Sequence record: NC_070952.1
DNA: 64,000 bases
Reading direction: 5' to 3' (one strand)
Shown here: positions 1 through 9,436 of the stretch, in pieces
Layout: each line of letters begins with the position of its first letter
How positions within the stretch are numbered: the stretch's first letter is position 1
The notes under the pieces: model-generated
Told to the model about the DNA's origin: nothing
Database searches by the model: none
What the model saw: the letters and a program-made list of their open reading frames with translations, nothing else
Position numbers and translations under genes: made by a program

Positions 1-903
1 TTATGCCATGTACTTCGGATCTGAAATTTGACGCGCGTCTTGCTGCATCAGACTGGTCAGACCGTTGTTCTGGATACCCTGAAGTGTAGCAGTAGGGACC
101 AGGAAGCCTGATGGCGCTGCACGACCGGCCGGGTTGTAAAGAGGCATACGCTTCATTACAGCACGAGCAATCTGTTTAGCAGCCAAGGTATCGAACTCAA
201 TCAGACCAGTAAACTCGGTACTGATTTCACGAACTGCGCCTGAGCCGTTATCGACATCAAAGCCAAACTCGTAGTTCGGACCTTCTTTCGGCATCTGTGC
301 CAAGCAAATGAATGCGTGGCGAACGTCTTGCCAGTTACGAGTTGGTTCAAAGTAAACCGAGCTCATAGAGATCTCATCCAGAAGCAGATCACCGGTATAA
401 CCCAGGGTGATGATTTTCGGATGGCGGATCACTGGGTCGTTCAACAGATAGTCGATCCAGGTATCAAACAACTTGGAGAAGGACTCGCCTTCAGGATCCA
501 GTGCCATGTGCGTCACGGAACCGTACTGACGGCTAGAACCAACAGGGAAGCTCAGGGTAGAACCGCCTGCCCAAGTAATGTCATGATAGTCAACAGTCGT
601 ACGTGAAGTCAGACCACTCCAGTTACGGCTACGAGTTTCCATGTATGCACGAAGCAAACCATGAAGCTCAGCACCCGCTGGTAGTGAACTGAACGCAGAC
701 GGCGTTGACAAGTTAACGCAATAAGGACGCTGTGATACGTAAGGTTGCTCTGAAACGTAGCGGAAGTTGTTCGGTGCGAAACCGTACTCACCACCTGCTG
801 CTGCGTTGATCACCGGCGTATTACCGATATCGAATGCACGTTTGAATTCAGAGTTACCCGGCATCAAGGTCAGGTTATCGCGATGCGGAAAGTTAGTGCT
901 CAT
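1..903 (-). CDS. Tail tube protein (phiKZ gp30-like)
   Basis: 300-aa ORF directly downstream of the sheath gene; size and position match the jumbo-myophage tube gene. Confidence 0.7.
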   Translation of the reverse strand: MSTNFPHRDNLTLMPGNSEFKRAFDIGNTPVINAAAGGEYGFAPNNFRYVSEQPYVSQRPYCVNLSTPSAFSSLPAGAELHGLLRAYMETRSRNWSGLTSRTTVDYHDITWAGGSTLSFPVGSSRQYGSVTHMALDPEGESFSKLFDTWIDYLLNDPVIRHPKIITLGYTGDLLLDEISMSSVYFEPTRNWQDVRHAFICLAQMPKEGPNYEFGFDVDNGSGAVREISTEFTGLIEFDTLAAKQIARAVMKRMPLYNPAGRAAPSGFLVPTATLQGIQNNGLTSLMQQDARQISDPKYMA

Positions 904-916
904 TTCTTATTCCTTA

Positions 917-3133
917 TCACGCTGCTGTGGTTGTTGCCAGGCTGTCTTCGTTGTACGCTTCCAGCACGGAATCCATCATGTACACACCTTTACCCAGCCA
1001 CAGCTTGGTAACCGCATACATCACAGATTTAGAAGTTGGTGAATCTTCAAGGAACGAAGTCACTACTTCCCAGTTGGAGAGTACAGAACCGAAGCGATCA
1101 CGAATCAGAGCTTCTGCGTTATCTTTAACTGTTGACAGATAACCTTCTTTGCCCAGCTGAGTATCGCCAGAAACTTGGATCCACTGATCTTGCAGGATCT
1201 TCTCAACAGCCACACACTTCCACACGTTGGTCAGATCTTTCAGCACACTGTTGATGTTGTCATAAACAGTAGGCAATGCCGGACGGCAGAACTGAGATTC
1301 AGTGATTGGAGTAACAGTGATGTTACCGTTGATCAAGTTAGCTGCTGCAGGGTTGTCTGCTTCGAACTGAACAAGCGGATCGTGTGCAATACGCAGAATA
1401 CGGTTGCCTTCATGATCCGGCATTTCTGCTTTATACATACGACCATCTGAACCACCACCTGCCAGAGCAAAGGCGTACATCAGATCGATGTTCAGAGAGA
1501 AACGACCCCAGGTAGGTTCGTCGATGTAGCGCGCATTCCACAGGTTAATCGCCGCACGGCACGCGTGGGACTTATAAACGTCTGATTCTGGGATCATGTT
1601 AATACGAGTACTAAGCATGGTCGCTGTAGAATACAGCTCGTCCTGGGTTTTGGTTTTCAGATATTCAGTTGCACAAAGAACAGCAACGAAATCTTTACGC
1701 ACAGACATAAAGCTGATGATCAGGTTTTTGATCGACTGCTTATAACCAACATCCCAAAGGAAGGATACACGGTTACGAATCACATCTTTAATATCCAGAG
1801 ATGATTTGTATTCGGTCAGCCAAGCTTCGAGCAACATCTGGTTCATTTCCCAGCACTGAGCTTGAGAGATGATCGCATCTGGATCAGTGTTGTCATCAAC
1901 CCACTCACCGTTAGTATCTTCGTTCCAAGTAGATGGTTTAGCGAGATACTTGCCATCTGCGTCAGCGTACGGGTTGATCCCGCCATTAGACTGCAGATAG
2001 TGGTTCAGGCTGATACGAGTACCAGTCAGGGTGTTGGTCGCATTTGACAGTGTGAAGTTACCGCCGAACACAATACGCTGATATGGAACACCTTCGTGGT
2101 TCAACAGATCCCACATGTTCATGATCGCGTATTTCGGGAAACGTTTTGACTGGACAACTGGTGGAACCAGAGTACCGTCACCGTATTCAGCATCATACAG
2201 TTCTTTTGCTACGGCGTTTACGTTCGCGCTGTAAACATAGCTGTCGCTGAATGGTGCATCAACAGTTTCAACTTGACGGTTAACGTTGGCACCAGTATAG
2301 GAGTCAACAGCCGCTTTCAAGCTGTAACGCACGTTCGTTGAAGTCACTACATCAAACATAGTGAACGTGGTATCTGGGGTACCGTTTACGGTAGCCGCAG
2401 GAACGCGCAGACCTGCATCGGTCACGGTACCGATGTTCAGGATAAACGGATAGGCACCGTTCGCTACAATGAAGTCAGTTACCGCATCCCAGTCAGTCAG
2501 TGTGGCGTGACCAAAAGCAGCATAACTATCATTATAGAAATCACCAATCCCGGAGATCAGTTCTTTCAGTGGCCAGAACTTACCAGTGGTTCCTTCAGGA
2601 ACTTCCGGAGTGGTAGTATCAGAAGTCACTTCAAATGGTTTTGCAGTGCCGACGTCACCTTTACTTTTCAAGACAGCAGGACAAACCCACTTACCTGGAA
2701 CAGTTGGGACATCTTCATCTACAATGGCGTTACCCGCATCGTCATATTCATAATCACCGGTGAGCGTGTCACGTTTGTAATTAGGAACAGCACCGCTGAA
2801 AATAACAACACCTGCAATTACACGAGACTTAACTGTGTTATTGACCAGACGTTTAAAACCAAAAGAGGCCTGTGCTGCGGCACCCAACTTTTGAATGGCG
2901 AAAGTAATCGGATTATAATATAACCCGAATGCGTCATTGGTGTCCCCAAACTTATCAGTAAAGGTTGCCATTGACACCGTACCGTGCTTGGTATCGCCTT
3001 TAGGCGTTACTGCCGCAAAGTCCGGAAAGTGAGCAGGTGAAGAAATAACTGGTGTTGCAGAGGAGAACGTCTCTCGACTTACAATGCCGTTATTGACTAC
3101 TTTACCTGGTATCACTTTGGAAAATGTATCCAT
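917..3133 (-). CDS. Contractile tail sheath protein (phiKZ gp29-like)
   Basis: 738 aa; sheath-like C-terminal domain (ITVTPIT...RPALPTVY...VLKDLTNVW); next to tube gene and near terminase; high-expression codon usage. Confidence 0.8.
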   Translation of the reverse strand: MDTFSKVIPGKVVNNGIVSRETFSSATPVISSPAHFPDFAAVTPKGDTKHGTVSMATFTDKFGDTNDAFGLYYNPITFAIQKLGAAAQASFGFKRLVNNTVKSRVIAGVVIFSGAVPNYKRDTLTGDYEYDDAGNAIVDEDVPTVPGKWVCPAVLKSKGDVGTAKPFEVTSDTTTPEVPEGTTGKFWPLKELISGIGDFYNDSYAAFGHATLTDWDAVTDFIVANGAYPFILNIGTVTDAGLRVPAATVNGTPDTTFTMFDVVTSTNVRYSLKAAVDSYTGANVNRQVETVDAPFSDSYVYSANVNAVAKELYDAEYGDGTLVPPVVQSKRFPKYAIMNMWDLLNHEGVPYQRIVFGGNFTLSNATNTLTGTRISLNHYLQSNGGINPYADADGKYLAKPSTWNEDTNGEWVDDNTDPDAIISQAQCWEMNQMLLEAWLTEYKSSLDIKDVIRNRVSFLWDVGYKQSIKNLIISFMSVRKDFVAVLCATEYLKTKTQDELYSTATMLSTRINMIPESDVYKSHACRAAINLWNARYIDEPTWGRFSLNIDLMYAFALAGGGSDGRMYKAEMPDHEGNRILRIAHDPLVQFEADNPAAANLINGNITVTPITESQFCRPALPTVYDNINSVLKDLTNVWKCVAVEKILQDQWIQVSGDTQLGKEGYLSTVKDNAEALIRDRFGSVLSNWEVVTSFLEDSPTSKSVMYAVTKLWLGKGVYMMDSVLEAYNEDSLATTTAA

Positions 3134-3240
3134 AGTACTACCTCATTAATTTTTTTGATCAAAAAAATCAATCGTATGACCCAAAATTCGGGCATTACAG
3201 TTAACGTTAACACGCATAACATTATTTCAGGACTAGAGAC

Positions 3241-4116
3241 ATGATTCTAGATGGTTATAACACTACCGTGGGTAGTCGTTTCAAAATCAAGGATAAAGTA
3301 GCTGAAACAATAAAGCTGCTCCAAACCACACAGCGCTTAGATCAAATTGATAACCGCGGCGTGTTCGGTGTTGATCACAAAAATGATTTCGGACTTCCAA
3401 AATTTGTTTATCCGTTATCAGTTTTCAATTACAAACGAGAACCAGTGACAGTACTTGATCAACGTACCTACTTTAATACAGCGGGTAAGAATATCAACGT
3501 ACCGGAATACAACGTAATGTTGCTTGCTTCTATTTTACAGCAAGATTTGCAGCGTAACAATCTCACACTGGTTAAAACAGTGCGTCCGTATACGCTTAAG
3601 GCGTTTGCAAATGCATACGGTAATGCGATCGCACGTACTGTGACGCTGGACGTACTTCAGAAGATGACACTGCGTATCATCATCGCGCATTACTTCGTCT
3701 GTTTGTTTGAAAGTCCAGAAGTTGATTATACCTTTATTAGTCAGAATGCGATCTCTCGTTCTCTGCGTATCCCTCAGTCTGATGTATTAGAAATCATTTC
3801 TGAATTAGGGTACCTGAGTAACTTGCAAGATCTGCTTACCGCTATTAAAGGGAACGCTTCTTTATTTAGTCTTTCTCGCTTAGACTTGGGTGGCTTGGTC
3901 GCTGCAGGTTCTTCTATCTTCTTTGCCACATCCGGGTTCCGTATGTTGATGGGTGCAGCTTTGGAAATGCCAACGCTGTTTACCGCTATCTGTTACGGGG
4001 CTGCAACTGAGAAGCTCTATCAGAACACTGCGGTCGGTCAAGAGTTGAACGTTAAAAATGACAGTTCAGTATCGAACTTCATTCAAACGGTCGGCTTCTA
4101 TTATACCGGTCGATAA
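3241..4116 (+). CDS. Conserved virion-associated protein (phiKZ gp28-like position)
   Basis: 291 aa, divergent from sheath; CGTATG late-promoter motif upstream; synteny only. Confidence 0.5.
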   Translation: MILDGYNTTVGSRFKIKDKVAETIKLLQTTQRLDQIDNRGVFGVDHKNDFGLPKFVYPLSVFNYKREPVTVLDQRTYFNTAGKNINVPEYNVMLLASILQQDLQRNNLTLVKTVRPYTLKAFANAYGNAIARTVTLDVLQKMTLRIIIAHYFVCLFESPEVDYTFISQNAISRSLRIPQSDVLEIISELGYLSNLQDLLTAIKGNASLFSLSRLDLGGLVAAGSSIFFATSGFRMLMGAALEMPTLFTAICYGAATEKLYQNTAVGQELNVKNDSSVSNFIQTVGFYYTGR

Positions 4117-4142
4117 ACTTTATTTTATCTTGGGGTAAATGA

Positions 4143-6962
4143 ATGTCTACTGCTTATCAACAAAATTACACCCAGGAAAATAACCCACTTGTAGACTATG
4201 CTATTCACAATATGTGGGGGAACCCTGAACTTCCCTCACAATACCAGATAAAACTGGCCCGTGTGTCTGGCTTGCAAGGCTTTGTTAACGATTTCGTTTA
4301 TATGGGTAAACGTCGGTATTTGCCGACGACCTATAACTTCTATCACGTCTTTACCTTAGGTGGACTTGATACCGGGTTCTGGAATTTCGGAAATCGTGGT
4401 AAGAGCTGGTATCCTGTCGATACCTGGGTTAGTGCTTCAGCGTTCGCTAAGAACCGTGCCGTTGCCATTGACGTATACGTCGCTGACGGTACAATGTTCC
4501 CTCGTGAAGGGACATTAATTATGCCGTGCTTTGATGGCGTGACGCTGGTAGCCATTCCTGTTAACAAGAACTTTCTTATGCCGCTGGATAAGAGCCTTTA
4601 TATTCATTGTTATTCATCGGATATAAATGTTCGCAACATGACCCCTGCTAATACGTTAAAGTACAGCTTTGGTTATGTTGGCAGCGTCTATAATAATGCC
4701 GACGACTGGAGTCGGGTGTTGACCAATTACAACGCCTGGAAAGCTTACGATATTGGGATGGTTTCTTTCTACCATAACGGCAAGCTTAAACCGATTGCCG
4801 GTGTTACCCTTAAAGCGGGTGATTTGATTGAAGCAACTTACGATCCCTCAATTGAGATGATCTTGAGTTACGAGTATTCAAAGATGCCGGACTATTTATC
4901 GACACTCGATAATAAAAGAAAGGTTATTCTTTTCCCTGGCTTTATGGATCTCCCACGTTATTATCGTTATTACGCTGACTGTACTTTTTACGTCACCAAT
5001 AAAGTTAATAATGAAAGCTATTATTTTAACCGTAATTCTGAAGATGCTATTCGTCAGCTGACACATCAAGATTACGGGATGGCTGCAGACTACATCGAGT
5101 ATTTGGGTAACCGTTTAATCAGTGAAGATAAAACGAACTCCAGCAAGATGACGGATATTGAAGTCACCGTTGCGTACCACAATACGCTTTGGAAAGTTGA
5201 GCTGGGTCCAACCGCCAGTCGCATTAACGATTTGTATCTGCTTGAAGACCCTGGTCAGATTCTCGGGGCAATGACGGGATCCAATTCTAACGTCAAAGAG
5301 TGGAAAGCATCAACGCTTGAAAATGCACCGACTAACTTAGTGCTCAATGGGATCATTCAGTCGCTCACTACGGACTCGGTACGTCAAGGGCTAGGTTATC
5401 ATGGTTGCAGCGTTGCACTGTCTAACACGCCATTGTACATGCCTTATATTACACCGGGTGACCCTGGCTTTGATGACTTCTACCCAACGGCACCGTTTAC
5501 CTCGGGATTGGGGTATCAGGTTCCACCTACCTTCATCGAAAGCTCCACTGCGTATGAGTATGATAAAGATGGATTACTCATTCGTAAAGTGGGTGTGCTT
5601 GATCAGCAATGGTACATGCCGCAGGAAGATGGGTTCTATGTTGAGTGGGCGTTAGGGCAAGCATCAACCTGGCTGGATTACATCATCAGTAAGACCGATG
5701 TGAAACTGCGTGAAGGTTACGGGTTCCGTGTCTATAAAGCACAATGGGCGATTGATCCAGATTACGATCCAACAGATATTACCGCCAATGAGATTAAGGT
5801 CTCTACTGACGGGACAGATCCGTATGGTGAAAATGGTCGGGAATTAAAAGTCTACCGTTCTGATGAAACCACTAACAACGCTGGTGATGATTTACCGCCG
5901 GGCGGTTACCCTGTCGGTGACTGGATTGACATTACCGGGGACAGTACGCAATACGATATTGTCAACGGGTATGTGGTCTGGAAATTCGATACGGTGAACT
6001 GGGTAGGGATGGTGGTATTTGATACCGTTCATTTATATAATGAATTTAACCTTACTCACATTGATAACTCATTGAGCTTTGGTATCACATTCAAATGGGC
6101 TATCGGTGGGATTCAACTTCCATTGGAACCGGGTCAAATTGATATCTGGATGAACAAGCACCCGCTGATCGAAAATGTGGATTACATTATGGATTTCCCT
6201 AATGTCTACATTATCAACAAGATGTGGTTGCAAGAAGGTTCACAGTTTATTCAGTATCGTGGTACGGGTCTATCGAAGAACGGATTGGTTCGCACCAGTG
6301 AACTGGGTATCGTGGCGGATGGGGTTATTGGGTACAATGGTCGTTACAATCTTCGTATTGACCGACCGACCAAGACGATTGTGAATGGGCGGTTGTATTT
6401 AACCCAGACTGTGGATCAGGCTGAAGACATTCATCATGGCGACAACATGAAGAGTATGAATGGCATGCCTTACGAGGTGAAGCACATTTACTCTGCTAAT
6501 AAGTATGTGGATAAGTATGACGCATACTGGGGCTATGATGATGCGTGGGCGCTTGACACGACAATCGGAAACTACCTGACCGCGAACGTCAAATATAAAT
6601 CCGTGAAGCCATCGGCTCCGATTTATATGGCGGGTGATAAATATACTTTGTTTAGTCCGTTCCTGAGCATGGTGGTTAATGAACTGCTGTTAGGGTTTAT
6701 GATTGCACCAACTCCATCAGGTCGGGAAGTTCCTTATTCCCCGCAGACAGTAGATGAAGTGATCAAAGATTACGAATGGATGTTAAAGTACGACCCGATT
6801 ATTCTTGGGTTTGATCTTCAGTTCTTTACCGTTCATCCTTACAGTAATCTTACCCGTCCAACTGTTACGCCTAATCAGCTTACTTTCATCAAGATGGTTA
6901 ATGAACTTTACCTTAAAGGTAAGGTCGCAATCGAAGGACACTTTGAGGTGAAGAATGAGTAG
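4143..6962 (+). CDS. Large virion/baseplate structural protein (phiKZ gp27-like)
   Basis: 939 aa, aromatic/beta-rich; synteny between sheath and terminase. Confidence 0.55.
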   Translation: MSTAYQQNYTQENNPLVDYAIHNMWGNPELPSQYQIKLARVSGLQGFVNDFVYMGKRRYLPTTYNFYHVFTLGGLDTGFWNFGNRGKSWYPVDTWVSASAFAKNRAVAIDVYVADGTMFPREGTLIMPCFDGVTLVAIPVNKNFLMPLDKSLYIHCYSSDINVRNMTPANTLKYSFGYVGSVYNNADDWSRVLTNYNAWKAYDIGMVSFYHNGKLKPIAGVTLKAGDLIEATYDPSIEMILSYEYSKMPDYLSTLDNKRKVILFPGFMDLPRYYRYYADCTFYVTNKVNNESYYFNRNSEDAIRQLTHQDYGMAADYIEYLGNRLISEDKTNSSKMTDIEVTVAYHNTLWKVELGPTASRINDLYLLEDPGQILGAMTGSNSNVKEWKASTLENAPTNLVLNGIIQSLTTDSVRQGLGYHGCSVALSNTPLYMPYITPGDPGFDDFYPTAPFTSGLGYQVPPTFIESSTAYEYDKDGLLIRKVGVLDQQWYMPQEDGFYVEWALGQASTWLDYIISKTDVKLREGYGFRVYKAQWAIDPDYDPTDITANEIKVSTDGTDPYGENGRELKVYRSDETTNNAGDDLPPGGYPVGDWIDITGDSTQYDIVNGYVVWKFDTVNWVGMVVFDTVHLYNEFNLTHIDNSLSFGITFKWAIGGIQLPLEPGQIDIWMNKHPLIENVDYIMDFPNVYIINKMWLQEGSQFIQYRGTGLSKNGLVRTSELGIVADGVIGYNGRYNLRIDRPTKTIVNGRLYLTQTVDQAEDIHHGDNMKSMNGMPYEVKHIYSANKYVDKYDAYWGYDDAWALDTTIGNYLTANVKYKSVKPSAPIYMAGDKYTLFSPFLSMVVNELLLGFMIAPTPSGREVPYSPQTVDEVIKDYEWMLKYDPIILGFDLQFFTVHPYSNLTRPTVTPNQLTFIKMVNELYLKGKVAIEGHFEVKNE

Positions 6963-8712
6963 CAATTTATTTAGTGGTTCCGCTACATCCACTGCCGACA
7001 CAACAGGGGTGGTTCCTGCAAACCAACCCAACCTAATGAATGAAGGTGACATCAAAAGGATTTTGTATTTAGATCAGATTTATGATCCAGATATTCACCC
7101 TGTTGCGGATATGGCAAAATACTTGGTTCCTCTTGAAGGAACTGTTGTTATCGATGTTGATGATAATCGTTTTCTGATTGTTACTCATGTTGACAAATAC
7201 AACACCTGGAAAAGTACGTTTGCAAACTACTTCCTCTTACCTGAGAAAGATGTTTCTGACTACAACCTGTACCCACAACACGAATATGGATTCTTGCAGG
7301 GTGAGTTGGCATTAGCCATTGACTTCTCTACCCGTCCTGCAACAGCTCGTGTGGATGCCAATGCAGTAGCGCCTAACGCCGCATACGCAATGATCTATAA
7401 AGGAGCGATCATCAGTGAAAAGGGTGAAATCATTTCTGCGACGTACTCTGGTCAAGATTTGGTTAATAATCAAATCGGTGTGTCTCCTGTTGTCTACGAT
7501 AACTTGGAGAATAAAGTTGTAGTGGGATGTAATACGTTCAGTGTTACACAAAACGAAGCGGCACTCCCTAATGGTACACGTTGTACTCTGGTGTATTACG
7601 ATCAGGCAGGACGACCAATCCCACCGACCTATCCGGTCGTGGTTCAGCACTGTGCGTATCTGCGTGATCACCAGTTGGATGTCCGCTATATCGAATCCAT
7701 CGAACTGCTGGCGCCGTGGTTCACCAACTCCACTAAACCTAACACGATGTTCATTCCGGTGAACTTGCCGTTAAGTGCTGTAGAGTTTCGTGCGTTGGTT
7801 CGTTACAGTAATGGTGACACGGTCGAGATGCCAGTTAACTCCTTTAATGGGGATAATGGGTTCCGTCTTGACGGCATCACTCAGTACAAACCAACCACAC
7901 CTGGTCAGATCTCTGATGCAGTTATCCTGTCGTACTTCTTCGGGGATGGTGAGCAAGCGTCTATTGCTCAACCGGGTGCACCACGTCACATGTCCAATGT
8001 GTACGAGATTGTGGCGGTTCCTGCACAAGGTGCGTACAGTCCTCGCATCTATACTTACCCATATTGGGATTCCGCTTCAGGTTATAAACTGAAACACTGG
8101 TTGACTGACTTGGATCGTAAGTATTGCCGTGATGTCACTGACGTTGTTACCCTGAACGAATCGTCTCCGGTCTTCCAGGGACAGAAGTACGGTGAAGAAC
8201 AGTCAATGGTGTTCAACCTGAATATGCGTGACGTTTCTGCTATCTATGAACCGTGGGCATTTATTCAGTACAGCACAATCACGTTGTATAACCCACCGAC
8301 TGCACCTGGTCGTAAATGGGATGTCCGTCACTCATATAACGAGCCGGGCTTTAACAACATGACTGTTGAGTTCTGGACTCAGACCGGTGGTGGTAACCCA
8401 GCCCGCTTTGCAACAGTTACAACGGTTGACGAGTTCCTCAATGCAGGCTACTGGTCGTTTGCACCGATGTATGATCCACGTACTGAAGTTAAAGCACCTG
8501 CTCCTACTCACTTCGATCTTGTTCGTGAGGATGGAACATTCAGTAGTGCGATTCCTGTTGCAGCATTCAATCAGCTTCCTATCTCCAGTATTGCACTGAG
8601 CACGGGAACCACGTTATATATCCGTTGGGTATTACGTGAGGAAGACGGTAACGAATTGCAGCTGGGTGTCTCTGCCGCTATTTGTAATCAGATCACTGCA
8701 CCAACAACTTAA
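6955..8712 (+). CDS. Virion structural protein (phiKZ gp26-like)
   Basis: 585 aa, overlaps previous stop, beta-rich; followed by a terminator. Confidence 0.55.
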   Translation: MSSNLFSGSATSTADTTGVVPANQPNLMNEGDIKRILYLDQIYDPDIHPVADMAKYLVPLEGTVVIDVDDNRFLIVTHVDKYNTWKSTFANYFLLPEKDVSDYNLYPQHEYGFLQGELALAIDFSTRPATARVDANAVAPNAAYAMIYKGAIISEKGEIISATYSGQDLVNNQIGVSPVVYDNLENKVVVGCNTFSVTQNEAALPNGTRCTLVYYDQAGRPIPPTYPVVVQHCAYLRDHQLDVRYIESIELLAPWFTNSTKPNTMFIPVNLPLSAVEFRALVRYSNGDTVEMPVNSFNGDNGFRLDGITQYKPTTPGQISDAVILSYFFGDGEQASIAQPGAPRHMSNVYEIVAVPAQGAYSPRIYTYPYWDSASGYKLKHWLTDLDRKYCRDVTDVVTLNESSPVFQGQKYGEEQSMVFNLNMRDVSAIYEPWAFIQYSTITLYNPPTAPGRKWDVRHSYNEPGFNNMTVEFWTQTGGGNPARFATVTTVDEFLNAGYWSFAPMYDPRTEVKAPAPTHFDLVREDGTFSSAIPVAAFNQLPISSIALSTGTTLYIRWVLREEDGNELQLGVSAAICNQITAPTT

Positions 8713-8722
8713 TCTCATAGTT

Positions 8723-8748
8723 CCTACTCTTCCGAAAGGGAGAGTAGG
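8723..8748 (+). terminator. Intrinsic terminator
   Basis: CCTACTCTTCC-GAAA-GGGAGAGTAGG hairpin right after the 8712 stop. Confidence 0.7.
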
Positions 8749-8766
8749 AGTATGTTTAGTTCCATT

Positions 8767-8820
8767 TTAACTGAGGTCTATATTATCTAAGTGTATAACT
8801 CAATTAAATTAATTTAAAGG
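8767..8820 (+). repeat. 54-bp direct repeat copy 1 containing an early promoter and RBS
   Basis: TTAACTGAGGTCTATATTATCTAAGTGTATAACTCAATTAAATTAATTTAAAGG, identical to 11837-11890. Confidence 0.95.
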
Positions 8821-8829
8821 AACTTAGAC

Positions 8830-9384
8830 ATGATCGTTAACCAATCAAACCTCTCTACTATCGCTGCCAAATTTTTATTAGAACTGGGGAAAAGTCCTAG
8901 CGGTGTCATTCCCCGTCATATTAACGTATGGCCTTCAAATAACGTTACTGCCACTCGTTTCATAAACGAGGGGGAGATTTCTTATGTCATCAGTATTGAT
9001 GGCGAAGACATATGCTCAATTTATACCCCAGCTGATATGGACAATATCCGTCATGCTGATATTGCTGAAGCAATTATCGATAAATTAAATAAAGGTGCGA
9101 AGAAATATATCGAGTGGGCAATCGAAAGGGAAGTGGGCTCAATCTTGGATACTGTTCGAGACCCTCGGTTCACTACCTCTTCATTACCCGGTGGTTTAAA
9201 TGCGTTTATCCAAACGGAAAAGACGGGCCAGGGTGAGATCAAGTTTATTGATATTTATCAGGGTAGTACGTTGGTTTATTCATCCCCGCATGCAACGCAG
9301 TATGATGTAGCGCTCGCAACGGCTCTTAGCAAAGTACTTGTAGGTAGCTATCAGACAACTGAATTAATTATCGATATTCCATAA
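8830..9384 (+). CDS. Hypothetical early protein (promoter-gene-terminator cassette)
   Basis: 184-aa ORF with AAAGGA RBS, between repeat promoter and terminator. Confidence 0.75.
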   Translation: MIVNQSNLSTIAAKFLLELGKSPSGVIPRHINVWPSNNVTATRFINEGEISYVISIDGEDICSIYTPADMDNIRHADIAEAIIDKLNKGAKKYIEWAIEREVGSILDTVRDPRFTTSSLPGGLNAFIQTEKTGQGEIKFIDIYQGSTLVYSSPHATQYDVALATALSKVLVGSYQTTELIIDIP

Positions 9385-9387
9385 GAC

Positions 9388-9417
9388 AGAACTCCTACCC
9401 GGTTGGGTAGGAGTTCT
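9388..9417. terminator. Bidirectional terminator between convergent genes
   Basis: AGAACTCCTACCC-GGTT-GGGTAGGAGTTCT, 13-bp stem. Confidence 0.8.
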
Positions 9418-9436
9418 TTATCTATCTTATTTTTTT